A stretch of DNA of 64,000 bases from Thermodesulfobacteriota bacterium (lineage in GTDB: Bacteria > Desulfobacterota > Desulfobacteria > Desulfobacterales > JARGFK01): NCBI GenBank assembly GCA_040757625.1, contig JBFLWU010000017.1:13937-77936 (forward strand). Reading direction: 5' to 3'. Under the pieces are notes generated by a model. It made no database searches, was not told the DNA's origin, and saw only the letters and a program-made list of their open reading frames with translations. The translations under genes were made by a program, and so were the position numbers. Position 1 is the first letter of the stretch. Each line of letters begins with the position of its first letter. This document shows positions 63,943 through 64,000 of this stretch, in pieces.

Positions 63943-64000
63943 GCGGGGGGCTTTAAATATTGTCCGGTCCCTGCGCGGACCGCCGACAAACGGTGAAATG
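63943..64000 (+). repeat. Family C repeat, partial at the window end
   Basis: CGGGGGGCTTTAAATATTG...GGTCC...GGACC-GCCGACAAACGGTGAA. Confidence 0.5.

Overview
Chromosomal window that looks like a sulfate-reducing deltaproteobacterium, probably Desulfobacterales (inferred from DsrC with both cysteines, Hdr-Flx, cytochrome c3 and selenocysteine use). It is dominated by energy metabolism: a 5' fragment of citrate synthase, nqrABCDEF, a stand-alone CO dehydrogenase (cooS), cytochrome c3-rnfCDGEAB, a membrane-HdrC/hdrB/hdrA/flxDCBA/dsrC cluster and PFOR. Housekeeping genes include serA, ispE-tRNA-Gln-prs-rplY-pth, carD, rluD, miaA, tsaA and recD2. Three genes broken in the ORF track (arsS, hdrA, flxD) are best read as selenoproteins: each has an in-frame TGA at a conserved Cys position followed by a SECIS-like hairpin. 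The most unusual items are: (1) an Hdr-Flx module whose HdrC is fused to a di-heme-b membrane domain with a periplasmic CxxCH; (2) a rewired Rnf (RnfB-NfnB/GltD fusion, degenerate RnfC, RnfD without its FMN threonine); (3) an NqrA that keeps two full [4Fe-4S] motifs; (4) a sigma-54-driven 62-aa [DE]RR-repeat protein; and (5) at least three families of intergenic MITE/REP-like elements, one of them nested. No CRISPR array, rRNA, transposase or prophage was seen. All family calls are by motif recognition; no searches were run.
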